Positions 1 through 13,000 of a DNA stretch of 64,000 bases are shown one piece after another (within the stretch, counting starts at the first letter, position 1; each line of letters begins with the position of its first letter). Below the pieces are notes generated by a model. It was not told where the DNA came from. It worked only from the letters and a program-made list of their open reading frames with translations, and ran no database searches. The translations under genes were made by a program, and so were the position numbers. Origin of the DNA: Mytilus trossulus (taxonomy: Eukaryota); the NCBI RefSeq assembly GCF_036588685.1, contig NC_086376.1, forward strand, positions 35,278,001 through 35,342,000, given 5' to 3'.

Positions 1-16
1 TGAGATATAGATTATA

Positions 17-190
17 AATAAAGGCAACAGTAGTATACCGCTGATCAGAATTCATAAATCGATTAAAAAAAACAAATCTTGGTTACAAACTAAAACTGAG
101 GGTATTACATCAAATATAAGAGAAGAAGAACGACACAACAGAAACAATATTTGCAACACAAACAAAAACTAACTATAAGATAACAATAAC
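17..190. repeat. Dispersed repeat (ATAAAGGCAACAGTAGTATA… family)
   Basis: A second copy lies at 2630-2790. Confidence 0.7.
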
Positions 191-464
191 AATTTAACTA
201 CAATTGTTTTGCTTTTTGAATGCGGCTTGTAAATTTCAGGGATTGTCGTAAACTTGAAATATGTTTTAGATGGTTAATAAAGGGATCGTTCTGGTTTAAG
301 GGTGAAGTTATTTGTGTGTTACAGCAGAAAATAATAGAAACATTGACAAACATTTCTGTTGCAAATTATATTATATTTGGTAATGTTAATTCAATTCATC
401 AATAAAAAAAATAAAAAGTTAGACTGTTCCAAGCATGAATGACATTAACGGTACTAATTTTCCT

Positions 465-510
465 GCACCAGATGCGCACTTTGACAATACATGTCTCTTC
501 AGTGATGCTC
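465..510 (-). ncRNA. Degenerate type I hammerhead ribozyme (separate family)
   Basis: Reverse strand reads GCATCA CTGAAGA GAC ATGTATT GTC AAAG TGCGCATC TGGTGC. Stems I and II are intact, but GAAA is mutated to AAAG. Confidence 0.55.
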
Positions 511-1320
511 GTGGCCAAAATATTTGAAATCCAAAGCTTATATCAATGATAAAGAGCTAAAATCCGAAAGGTCCAATGCATTTGATATCATGAAGGCTGA
601 TGAACCCTTCTGTAGCCATAGGAATTACGAAATTGTCAAACTGGAATAGTATCAAAACAGCAAAACTGATGAATAATAGAGACGAAAGTGGCCATCTTAT
701 ACATGTACCAAAAGGAAATTTCGTTCGAAGCACTATTGATTATTGTTTTATTGCATGTAATAGAAAATGGGGATTTTATTGTAAATAAAACCAACTTTTT
801 TTTAGAATATCATCAGGCTTTAATGAAGATAATTTCGTAATGAAATTTTTTATATAGATGACTCACTTGTTTGTCCCTGATATGCTAACATTTTTCTTTA
901 TCGAAAAATCCTAAATTACTTTAAGATTCCCTAAAACTCTTTTGTTGAGTCACTAAATTCGAGTGCACCCTAAAACGTGTACTTCAATTGGTCTTAGTTT
1001 ATATTTCTTTTAACACTATCTCATTTATAAACCTGTTTAGAGGAATCTTTGCTAGCATTACATGCAGTAATCCTCTACCTATCAAGCACCGAATTGTCAA
1101 ATATTAGTGTACACGAGGAAATCTGTGGATTTTATATAGAATTTTCATATGTTCAGCATTGAATCAATACAAGCGTACATAATCCTTAACAGGCCCATGA
1201 ATCGAGACTACAACAAGAAATAAAAATCAATCATTTTTGAATTTCGCTCATGCAAAGCATCAGCAATGCACGAAGACAAAAGAACAAAAATTGAAAGTCA
1301 GTGATTTTTAAGAACTGAAA

Positions 1321-1362
1321 CGTCACTGATTAGTCTTTTGTAGACGAAACTCGCGTCCTGCG
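1321..1362 (+). ncRNA. Degenerate type I hammerhead ribozyme (same family as 26910)
   Basis: CGTCA CTGATTA GTCT TTTGT AGAC GAAA CTCGCGTC CTGCG, with a core G8->U substitution. A more decayed copy of the family lies at ~4300-4470. Confidence 0.6.
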
Positions 1363-2220
1363 TAAAAGATTTTTATCCTGGTATCAATGATCAATGATGA
1401 GTTTATTGAATGTGTACACAATGCTCATACATATAGATTGAAACTTCTTACAAAAAATGATTTGAATGAGATCACAAAACACTCATGGTCGCATATAGAT
1501 CAAACCTTGAAAGATGTGAATTTATGCAACTAGACAAAAACAGAAGTTAGTATGTGTAGACGTTTCGACGAAATGGAAAAGCGTCCCTTAAAAATAACTT
1601 TGTTTTTTTTTATTAACTTAAATGCAGTTAGTTTGAATTTAAAGTTTGCATACACTCAAAACAGTGCTGTGAGGAGAGACAGTATAATAGTTTATAGAAA
1701 TAATCTGAACTGTGTTGAAACTTTTCCTTAATATGCTCTAACTGTAGAATAGGAAAAAGGAGTAAATTTCAAACGTTCCAATGTGTGATTTTAAAGTTTA
1801 AGCAATATTAATGACAAATGCTTCCTTGGTATTTATATGAATCATACGATTAAAAATATCTCGCAGTTTTGAAAAATAAAATGCGTCATGAGAGATATAC
1901 TCAAATTTTAAAATATTTATTCATTGTCAACCATTAACTTCCATTCCGTCAGTATATCTAACTCAGCACTTTCATATGTACTTAAACACCACCATGTGCG
2001 TCTATTGGTGTTTTCGAATGGCATTTAAGTCAACCTTAAATACAATAAGGCCAGGCGAATTTCATTAAATAGTTGACTGATCATTATAGACCTAAACCTA
2101 TTTCATTGTGTAAGTAAAAATAAAATAAGAAAATAAGAAAATGTTGGTGTTTCCTCCTTAATATTTTTTACATTTAGTGTTACTTATGTACACTATAATC
2201 CAGTTTATGCACTGTTTTAG

Positions 2221-5200
2221 ATTTTGGAAGAATCAGTAAGACAGACACATGGTAAAGTCATACAAACCAGTGAAATGCATCGTTTGGTCAGAATGACTCA
2301 AGTTATCGTAAGTGAAAATTTGAAATATTAAATCGTATTTCCTTTTTGATTCATTTCAATTCAAACATTTATCCGTAACGTCTGTAATCCTTCGGAGTGA
2401 TTTAACTTTCCATTTAGAAAACCGTTGGTCCAACATTTGGATTACCAAATATAAGTCTATTCCAATAAGGCATAGTGTACCTTGTAATCATAACAGTACG
2501 ATCATACGTCAGCTATACGCCAATGAGACAACTACTCGACAGAGACCTACTGAACTTTACATGCATTATTTTCGTGAATAGTTGGCATAAATGTACTCTG
2601 TGCTAAATCATTAGTTGATTTTTCTGCAAAATAAAGGCAACAGTAGTATAGCGCTGTTCGAAATTAATAAATCGATTGAGAAAAAAGCAAATCCGGTTTA
2701 CGAACTAAAACTGAGGGAAACACATTAAATATAAGAGGAGAACTACGACACAACAGAAACACAACACTATAATGTAACACACACAAAACCGTTCGCAATC
2801 AAGTGTGTGTCAATGTCCTTGCTTAAGTGATTGTCTAGAATTCTGACTAGCAACATAAACGAAGGAAAACATTTTTTTAACAGGGATTGGCTTCACAAAT
2901 TGCTTCAGAGATAAGGTATTGTCCGCATGAACAGACAAGGGAAGTCATCAAACGAAAAATTAGAATGGGATCAAGTCATGACGATTCACATGTAAGAAAT
3001 TATATAAGCAAATGGTATACTTTTGCATGATGTTCAGAATAAGGACCGCGTTATTTGATATGTTTTCTTGTTCTGGATGTTCTTTAAGGATAAAGTATAA
3101 GTAGAAAACACTTCATTTCCATTTTTTTCTAGAAAGCTCTTGATCACTTTTGTATTCCTACAACTGTCACATACAAAACAATTCATGAAACTTATATATA
3201 AGACTAACCGGCAGCATGATGACATTCTAGTTGTAATTTAAAGTTTTCAGATACATTGTTAGATAATATTTAAAAAATAATACATTAATAGGTTTAAATA
3301 TTACCTGGGAAAAAACAAACACTTCTCTTTCGTTTTGTGAAGCTTATATAGTTATATGTCCACTAATGATCTAAATGTACATTACTACATATCGTCGCTG
3401 GACTTCCAAAATGTTGTAAATTACGAATTTTTCAAGAAAAAAATATCTCACAAACAGACTTTGAAAACTTTGACAAAATGAATGCTTCCAAAATGGTGTA
3501 TGTGAACTTGAACAATTTTGTAAATAGCAGTGAAATGAAAACTTTGACATTTCTGGATTATCTGAGAACTTTAATTAGTTTCACAGAAATAAAGAAATGT
3601 ACAATTATTTTATTCCAAAAGCCAATACAAAACGATTTTCAATTTTCATACAACATTTTGGAAGCAAACTTTACAAACAACTGGCATTGGAAATTTTGTA
3701 ATATGTCGTATTTCAAACGATTTGATTGGTCTAGCTGTATGCTTTTTTGTTATATCAAAGATTTCCTCTCGCCCATACTTTTGGTGTCAAAAAGTCCTTT
3801 TATCCAAAAAAGTCATATACACCATTTTGGAAGCCCAGCGACGATATGTGATATCGAATTGCAATGGTATATTTTCCTATACTCAATATGTGGTATAATA
3901 AAACTGACGAAGTTTCCTTGAAATTTGTCTTGTGGACATTTATACTAGGATGATTGCTTGGATATGGTTATGGATTTTCTGAACCCTTTGAATATGGAAA
4001 ATGGACAAGGGAAGTTTGTTGAACTAAGCGCAAGAACATTACAACTCGGTGATAGGGTTCGTCGTGGACCCGATTGGTCGTTTGGCGATCAGGATCGTAA
4101 TCTTCCTGGAACAGTTATTGGGCAAGACGAGGAAGGTACGTATGTAAAAATGGTTGATATTTTATTACTCAATAATCAATAATCGATATAACTTCTTCAT
4201 GTTGACATGACATTTCTGGTGTGTGTTCATTTTCTGTAAATGTATATACAGTTTGCAAAATGTTAAATGACTATTCGCGACAATAAGGTTGTTTTACCTA
4301 AAGACTTAGTTTGCCTTAGCCGTATTTGGCACCACTTTTCACATTTCTTTGCCTTTAATGCTCTTCAACTTCGTATTTGATTTGGCTCTCAATATGTTTT
4401 GATTTGGGTGCTACTTATGATTTTTATATAGATGAAACGCGTCTGGCGAAGCTAGATATCAGCTTGGTATATTAGAAGAGGTGTAAACATTTTCGTACTT
4501 AGGTATTTTGGTTCACCTTCAATGAAGACATTCATACCCGACCGATAAAAAAACGCATTATTTAGAAAATCTCTACCGACAAAGGGTTCGGGGGACGAGT
4601 GGTCTAAGTAGCTTTTATACTGTATTCCTAGCCTATCAGCACCGTGGTGGTGAGTTTGAACCCCACACGGTCAAGTGCGTTCGATGAAAACCTTTATTGA
4701 CTTTGATTACGTTTCGTACCAAAGGTCGTAAGTTTCCTCTTCCTACTCCAGTTTCTTTAGCTATTAAAAAATTGTCACAATGATATAGACAAAAACTGAA
4801 TGTGCCATTTAACACCTAACATCAATCAATCAAGCATCTTTCTATAGGACCAAGATCACAAATCGAAAATTACGGATCATATTTCTTATAAAATATCAGT
4901 GGAAGCATACGTGTTCATGTCGTCTTATGTCGATTTTCATTTTTATGAATTCGTTCTTGATAATTCAAAATACCCTTTTTTTCTTCTGAAAGGTATTATA
5001 TGGGTAGAATGGGATCATGGCCAAGAAAATGTATATGCGTATGATGAACAAAGACACATTTATAAGATTATGAAAGTAAGCGAACCTAGAATACTTGTTG
5101 ATGAGATGATCGCTGTTGGTTGTAAAGTTGTAAGAGGTAAGTTGAAAAATATGTGAATATCAAATTGATTTCACATCATTTGACGTTAATAATTAAAAAA

Positions 5201-8200
5201 GGGGGAAATAGTATGGCTTTTATTGGTTATTGTTTTATAAAACATGTTATTCTATGTGGTGTTTTGACTGGACACAAGTAACTCGTAGGATAAATTAGCT
5301 TAACAATATGCCACAATTGTTAACACAAATGATGAGCATACACCTGCAGTAGATTGGAACTGCACATTTCCTAAAATGGTACTGTTTGAACAAATTCAAA
5401 TGGAAGTAACTAATTATCATCAATTGATGTATATGCTTTGTTTTTCTGTATGAACATGATATTGTTAATAATGTATACAAACAGAAACACTTAAATCATG
5501 ACATTGATTTAAGCAAATTGTTCTTCAAGTGAATATTCCAAACATTTATTAATATATGTTTCAACTGTAAGTTCTATACGACATATTATATTTGAGACAA
5601 TATATTATAGGGCACGACTGGAAGTTTGGTGATACTAATGGTGGACCAGATAGTATAGGAACTGTTTTAGATGTAAGAAGAGAAGGAAAAGTTGTGGTGA
5701 GTATAACCTTTAAAATCATGCAGATTCTACTTGTATCGTTACAAAACGCATTAAAATTTATAAAACGTTACAAAACCTAGAACTTATTATCTTGCAGTGA
5801 ACAAACCATCTTTCAATATAATTGAGAATGGAAATGGGGAATGTGTCAAAGAGACAACAACCCGACCAAATAAAAAAACAACAGCAGAAGGTCATCAACA
5901 GGTCTTCAATGTAGCGAGAAATTCCCGCACCCGGAGACGTCCTTCAGCTGGCCCCTAAACAAATGTATATACTAGTTCAGCGATAATGAATGCCATACTA
6001 ATTTCCAAATTGTACACAAGAAACTAAAATTAAAATAATACAAGATTAACAAAGGCCAGAGGCTCCTGACTTGGAACAGGCGCAAAAAATGCGGCGGGGT
6101 TAAACATGTTTGTGAGATCTCAACCCTCCCCCTATACCTCTAACCAATGTAGAAAAGAAAACGCATAACAATACGCACATTGAAATTCAGTTCAAGAGAA
6201 GTCCGAGTCTGATGTCAGAAGATGTAACAAAAGAAAAAAAACAAAATGACAATAATACATAATTAACAACAGACTACTAGCAGTTAACTGACATGCCAGC
6301 TTCAGACTTCAATTAAACTGCCTGAAGGTTATGATTTCATCATATGAACATCAGGCACAATCCTTCCCGTTAGGGGTTTAGTATCATACCATCATAACAT
6401 ATATGAGAAGAACATAACCCGTGTCATGCCAACAACTGTTTTTTAGAATAAATGTGTTTAGTTCCGACGCAAAGACATTATCAGTGACTCAATATTAACA
6501 CCAAAATTTGCAATCTTTATTGACTTGACAACAGTATCGTAATTATATCCCTTCTTAATAAGTCTATTCAAAGGTTTTGTAAGTTTCTGAGGTGAATACT
6601 GATACCTTTGTGCTTTATAAAGAATATTTCAATATGCATACATTTTGCTATTTGAAGACAATTTTCGTTTTTATAATTTAAGGTAAGATGGGACTGTAAA
6701 CGCACAGGCCTATATAAGATGGGACATAAAGGACGGTTCGAAATTCGATTAAAGTAAGTATTTTAAAAAGAACCATACGTCAGTAGAGAAACATCCTGTA
6801 AATTTATCATTGAAATGTATAAACTTTGAAAAGCATTTCAAAGAAATTTAGACTCTTGAACAAATTTGAGGACAAGAAGATGCATAATTAGATTCTATGG
6901 TGTCATATCCTCAAAGACATTGCATTATAGTGATAGTAAAAGTTGTGTGTTTTAGCTTTTAAATTGAAATTCACTGACTGAGCAAGCAAACTAATAATAT
7001 ACATCCATATTAACTGCTTTATTATATTCAAATTTACATTAAATTATGCATTGTCATTACAAAGAGATGGCAATGCCCAAACTAGTCGACAAGCCAGGGA
7101 ACGAATTCCAGGACGTCGGCATGCTAGACGTCGATCAATGTCAGACGAGGAAGATGAATTTGTACCTGATGTACCCACTACATCTACAAAACATGCCAGC
7201 GACTACGTCATTCCTATCTATTCAGATTCAACAGGTACTCTTCTCTCTGTATGGCATTTACTTTATGAAGTATTAACTTTTGTTTATAATTGTATATGTT
7301 AACAATTAAAAATATATTTCAGCTCACTCTGTCTAATGATGATTCAAAAAGAAATCAAACTTATGTCAGTCAAAGGTGACCAAAAAGTAATGACTTTTAT
7401 TTATAGTTAATAATATCACATATATTCTCTACCTAGTATAATAAAAACTTCAACCTTTGATCTTTTAACACAGTAAGCGCTATTTGGGAGTATCAAGACT
7501 GTTCTGATTGGAAGAAGTATCCTGATGAAATCAATGTAAAAATTGAAAGGGCTTATCAGAGGAAACAGAGGAAAACCATTATCGAAATCGATCGTACAAC
7601 GTAAGTCAATCTTATGTTATAGTTTAATATATTGCTAGTAAAGTTCTGTGAAAATCTGTTAAAATACCCAATATGTTCCTTGTCAGATGTTAGTTATCAT
7701 TAATATACCATCAACTTAATATTTAAGGGTATAAAAATAAAAAAGGCTTGGATAGAACAGCCTCAGTTTTTAAGGTTACATACCGAAATTTGATGATCTT
7801 TCTTTTTTTATTAATTGCTTTTTCTATGACGTCATATTTTAAGATAAGAAGTTAGCAATATCCTTTAACTCTACTTTCCGCTACATAGATGATGTTCTTT
7901 CACTAAATAATTCAAAATTTGGTGATTCTATCCCATTGAACTAGAGATAAAGGATACTACAGATACAGTTAAGTCGGCTTCATATCTTGACTTACATCTA
8001 GAAATTGACAATGAGGGTCATTTGAAAACAAAACTTTACGACAAAAGAGATGATTTCAATTGTGAACTTTCCATTTCTTAGTAGCAACATTTCAGCAGCA
8101 CCTGCATACGGAGTATATATCTCCCAATTGATACGATATTCCCGTGCTTGCATTTCCTATCATGATTTCCTTGATAGAGGGTTGCTGCTCACAAGGAAGC

Positions 8201-9805
8201 TATGAAACCAAGAGTTCCAAATTGTGAAGTTGAAATCATCCATTCGTAAATTTTACGGACGCCATCACGAGTTGGTTGACCGTTATGGAATAACCGTTTT
8301 ATAAATGATATCGGATAAGTTCATTACGTCGTAACTACAATCCCCTTCCATTTCATGAATGTGACCTACCGAATTAGACTAATTACCGGATTTGTTATCG
8401 CATAAGTAACACGACGGGGGCCACATGTGGAGCAGGATCTGCTTACCCTTCCGGAGCACCTGAGATCACTCCTAGTTTTTGGTGGTGTTCATGTTGTTTA
8501 TTCTTTAGTTTTCTATGTTGTGTCATGTGTACTATTGTTTGTCTGTTTGTCTTTTTCATTTGTAGCCATGGCGTTGTCAGTTTGTTTTAGATTTATGAGT
8601 TTGACTGTCCCTTTGGTATCTTTCGTCCCTCTTTTAAGGGACCATGCATAAAAGAGGGACGAAAGATACCAAAGGAACAGTCAAACTCATAAGTGACCCT
8701 TTAGTAGTGGTGGACTGATTAAAGATACTTTTATAAAACTAGATATCATCGGAATCCGAATATTCTTTTGTTTATAATGAAATAAAAATAAAGTGTACTT
8801 TTAATAATATAAAAAAGTTTTATCCATAGAAAATGGGGAAAACATTGCCTAATCTAAGCTTAAAAAAACTGAAATTAGGTCAGTTGCAATCCCATGAAGA
8901 CCTGATACATTAACGTTTTTCCTAATCAAAACTGTATGAATTTCATAGATTTTTACCTGGTCTTTCAAAACATTCATGCTTCAGGGTACGTTTGCCGGAT
9001 CCGAAAAGAGCTACAGTGGCTGCAAATACGTTTTCAATTTTCACTGCCAAAAAAAAATGTTTACAGTGTTGTCTCCCCTCAAAACATGTATATTTAATCT
9101 AATTTTTTAAATTATTTAATCATTCAACCTGTTTTAATTGAAGTTAATAAACACATTTTTTACAACCAAATACAAAAAACATGATACTTTGTCACCAATT
9201 ATGTTGATAAAAGGGAAATCCCTCCATGTCTTTTTTTTTGTCTGTTTCATTTTTAGCCATGGCATTGTCAGTTTATTTTCTATTTATAAGTTTGACTGTC
9301 CCTCTGGTATCGTTCGTCCCTCTTTCTTAATTTAAAAGTTGACATAGTTGTATCTTTATGGACCTGAACAAAGTGTACATATGATTCAGCATAAAACAAA
9401 TATAGATTGTGCAAAGAATTATTTAAATATAATGCAACAATATATTCTGGTCTCTTATTTAGGATATTCACATGACTTTCGTTGCAGGTATGAAGTACAT
9501 TTTTCTAAAATGGAACAAGAAAATCCACAAAACAAATCGAAAGTAACAGTAAGAAGACGAGGTTGGTTTTCTTATAACTTATATCACCTAGATAAAGGCT
9601 GTAATTTTATTAATCACCTGTTGGCTCTGACAGTTTTTATTTTCAATATTATAGTAATCTAAATAAATGTAATGAAGATAATGCATATGTTTGATCGGTC
9701 CGTTTTAATTTTTTCAAATAAAAAAAAGTCACAAAAAATCTGCTAATATTGAATTCACAAATTCTAAAATATCTAAATAAATAGTATTTATCTTTTTCAG
9801 ACTGA
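2221..9805 (+). CDS. Multi-exon gene encoding a protein with 2x MIB/HERC2 domains and a C-terminal WWE domain (5' part not identified, probably upstream of the window)
   Basis: Ten exons with AG/GT boundaries and compatible phases: 2221-2307, 2884-2991, 3949-4135, 4993-5136, 5611-5696, 6683-6753, 7065-7234, 7474-7600, 9488-9561, 9801-9805 (TGA). Translation gives GDRVRRGPDWSFGDQD...GTV...WVEWDHG and GCKVVRGHDWKFGDTNGG...GTV...VRWD...YKMGHKGRFEI (MIB/HERC2), then WEYQDCSDWKKYPDEINVKIERAY...YEVHFSKMEQEN...VRRR (WWE). The first two exons are less certain. Confidence 0.85.
4584..4833 (+). mobile_element. Decayed tRNA-derived SINE with V-domain-like core
   Basis: A box-like GAGTGGTCTAAG, B box-like GAGTTTGAACCCC, core TTTCCTCTTCCTACTCCAGTTTCT and (TCAA)n tail. 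Reverse fragments near 17665-17775 and 37150-37260. Confidence 0.6.
5819..6630 (-). mobile_element. Dispersed retroelement 3' fragment (probably Penelope-like), family A
   Basis: Starts AATTGAGAATGGAAATGGGGAATGTGTCAAAGAGACAAC on the + strand. Near-identical copies lie at 11623-12075, 40356-41100 and 43357-44125. All share one end and are variably truncated at the other. Confidence 0.7.
7841..8692 (+). mobile_element. 5'-truncated Penelope-like retroelement (RT C-terminal half and 3' end) with an inverted tail
   Basis: Frameshifted translation FRYIDDVLSLNN…SASYLDLHLEID…KTKLYDKRDDF…SSNISAAPAYGVYISQLIRYSRAC…KFYGRHHELVDRYG. The 3' 44 bp are duplicated in inverted orientation (8593-8636 / 8649-8692). 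Confidence 0.8.
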
Positions 9806-10049
9806 TGGTAATTGATGGAAACATTTTAGTGTTGACATAAATCTTTGGGATAAAGACAAACAAGAACCACTTCAGCTTAAAACTTTCGTGTTTATCATGT
9901 CTTTCGCATCCACGTTTTTGTTCATTTTGGGAGACAAACATGAAGATCTCATCCCTCGATTCAATAACATAATACTTGTAGGAAAATGTGGTTCATTGAT
10001 CCTATAGAGTCAGCTCATACTGCTGATTGAGTGTATTCCTGTCTTTCAT

Positions 10050-13000
10050 TTATTTGTCTATTTGGCTTTTGATATTTGTGATTATGACATCTTTTTCTAG
10101 ACCATTAACTACCAGTACTTTGTTTCGCGATCTGGAACCCTGTATAAAACAATAAAAAAAATTGCAAACTGTTATCTAAATGTTCAGTGGATTAATTTCA
10201 CTGAAGCTGTCATTAAACGGTTCAGTTTAATTAGCTATGTAGTATAAACCGAAATAACATTTAAACGTGTTTATTTGGCAATACCGCGTGTATGTCTCGC
10301 CTTTATTTCCAAATTTGATGTGTTTTTGTTAACATTTTCTATATCCTAGGATCGCGTAAGTTCACACCCATTCACACCCAAAAAAGACTGATTTTGTTAA
10401 ACTAGTGTCAGCAATGCAATTAGAGTTTGGGATAATGTTTTCTCAATTTATTTCACATATAGGCCCCTACCAAAAAAGCATTTATTCTATACAAAACTTA
10501 AGAGTATTACAGCTTCGAAAAATGTAACACCTTTATATTTTATATCTGAACTGGTTATTTAATCATATTACAAATGCTGAAATATTGCCCAATAACTTTA
10601 CAGGATTTGTCAAAGCTTGAGCATTTACCAAAAACAATAATCAAACACTGTCTACTGAAGTAAATCTGCGTATTTTCAGTTCGACCAATGAGTATATACA
10701 AAGTTTTAAAAAAAATCTAATTGATATTTAATTTATATTTGTTTGGGCTCTTGGTTATACCATTTGACAAAATTAAGGACTTTTTGTTGTGAATTTTCCT
10801 TGGAGTTCTATATTTTTTGTTATGTTACTTATTGATACAGTAAGTTCAAACTTCCTTATCCACATCGTTGTCAATATGATGGAACTTTATGCGACTTTAT
10901 GCGACTGTTTAATCCACCATTTTCTACTAAGTAAGGAATATGACGGTTGTTATCCGTTCGTTTGATGTATTTGAGCTTTTGATTTTGCATTTTGATTAGG
11001 GATTTTCCGTTTTGAATATTCATTGGAGTTTAGTTTTTTTTGTGATTCTACTTTTCATCCTCTTTCATCAGAAATATCTAATAATTGAAAAAGAAACGTA
11101 TACTATAATAAATGAAAGTATTTACCTTGTCTAGTGATATATCTGACTTTCTGATACCCAATACTTTGGCCATATATTTAACAAGTTCTGTATTGGCTTC
11201 TCCGTCCACTGGTGGAGCAGATATTTGAACACCTATTCCATCGTCTTCAAAACCTGTAAAAAGTATGTAATTTAAATGTAAGTTAGTGCCCTGTGTCTTT
11301 TTATCTCGTTTTTTAAAATACATGATCCAAATTTTGCACAACGTGTTGAATACGGTTAGCTTAGCAAAATTTGATGAAGAAACCTTACAAAATAACAATT
11401 AAAATGTAATTTATTTTACCTGTGATCGAATTGTGCTTGGCACCAGGTTTGGCTAAAATTTTAATTGATACAGATTTGTCAGGCTTCGTGTTAACAGGTC
11501 CATCGTCTGTAGGTTGTACATCTGCTTTCTGAAATTATATGTCAAGCACACATAACACAACACATTAAAAATATTTAAACAAATGCCAAAAAGTATAATT
11601 TTAATCACAACTAGAATATGATAAAATTGAGAATGGAAATGGGGAATGTGTCAAAGAGACAACAACCCGACCATAAAAAAGACAACAGCAGAAGGTCGTC
11701 CACAGGTCTTCAATGTAGCGAGAAATTCCCGCACCCGGAGGCGTCCTTCAGCTGGCCCCTAAACAAATATATACTAGTTCAGTGATAATGAACGCCATAC
11801 TAAACTCCAAATTGTACACAAGAAACACAAATTAAAAATAATGCAAGACTAACAAAGGCCAGAGGCTCCTGACTTGGGACAGGCGCAAAAATGCGGCGGG
11901 GTAAAACATGTTTATGAGATCTCAACCACCCCCCTGTACATCTAGCCAATGTAGAAAAGTAAATGCACAATAAAACGAACATTAAAATTTAGTTCAAGAG
12001 AAGTCCGAGTCATATGTCAGAAGATGTAACCAAAGAAAATAAACAAAGTGACAATAATACATCAATAACAACAGATGTTTTTTTTATATTAAAGTCTCGC
12101 ATTTTATTGATAAAAGTACGTTTTAATCATAATATTATACATGTATTATCAATATAAAATGTAGATGTGGTATAATTGTCAATGAGACAACTCTCAACCA
12201 TTGACCAAATGGCGTGAAATTAAACAAATGGCATAGCAATACTTATTGAAGTATATTGCCTCTTTAATTTACATACATCTTTGTTATGTAGGTTGTGTCA
12301 TATTGTTGCTGTCGCATGCTTTTATGCAAACACATGCAGCATATTATGTTTTAAATGAAGAGACTGCAATGTTATCATTTATACATTGTATAACTTTTTG
12401 TCTGACGATTTTGTTTAAATGAAACATTTCATTACGTGAAGTTCAATTTATTCATTTTCAAATTTTAAGTTTTATACTTTTTTTAAAAGGAAATTCGATA
12501 TGAAGTATAACGAGCGTAAAGATGCCTTTTGAAATTCACCTTCCTTTCTCGACTTATTTCCTGTGTATGGTTATATGCTTGTCTATTCTACGTTACTGGT
12601 AAATAATTGTTCTGTCGATTCTACGTAGAACTAAAGAACACAAGAGAACTACGTAAAACTGAAACTCATTCGATCTTGATCTTGATAGGAATTCGGTGGT
12701 ACACCCAAGGATAATAATATAATTGGCGTTCCGATTTCGTGAAAGAGGATTCTAGATAGTTATGCTGCTTCTCTGCCAAGCACGTAGCATTTATTAACGC
12801 CTGAGGCAAAGACTGGTAGTGTCAAAGATAAAATTATTAGACTGTTGCCCGGTGAATTAGCACGTTAAACCTCCGGATAAGCGTGTTGGTAATAGCGGGG
12901 ATCATAGCAAATTAACGCGTTCTTGTTGTAATATTCTACTTGCCACGACAAGGCCGCATCAGACTTTATCCGATCCACCCATTCATTCCATTATAATAGT

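Noticed and set aside
3478-3921. 147-aa ORF on the + strand
   Set aside because: It lies in an intron of the MIB/HERC2-WWE gene, has AT-rich composition, shows no recognisable domain and has no fitting splice sites.
4590-4665. tRNA gene
   Set aside because: A and B box-like motifs are present, but there is no cloverleaf and they are followed by a SINE body and tail.
7323-7375. Exon-like segment (ag|CTCACTCTG…AAAG|gtgac)
   Set aside because: In the required phase it reads GCT CAC TCT GTC TAA (stop). Exon 7065-7234 joins 7474 in frame without it.
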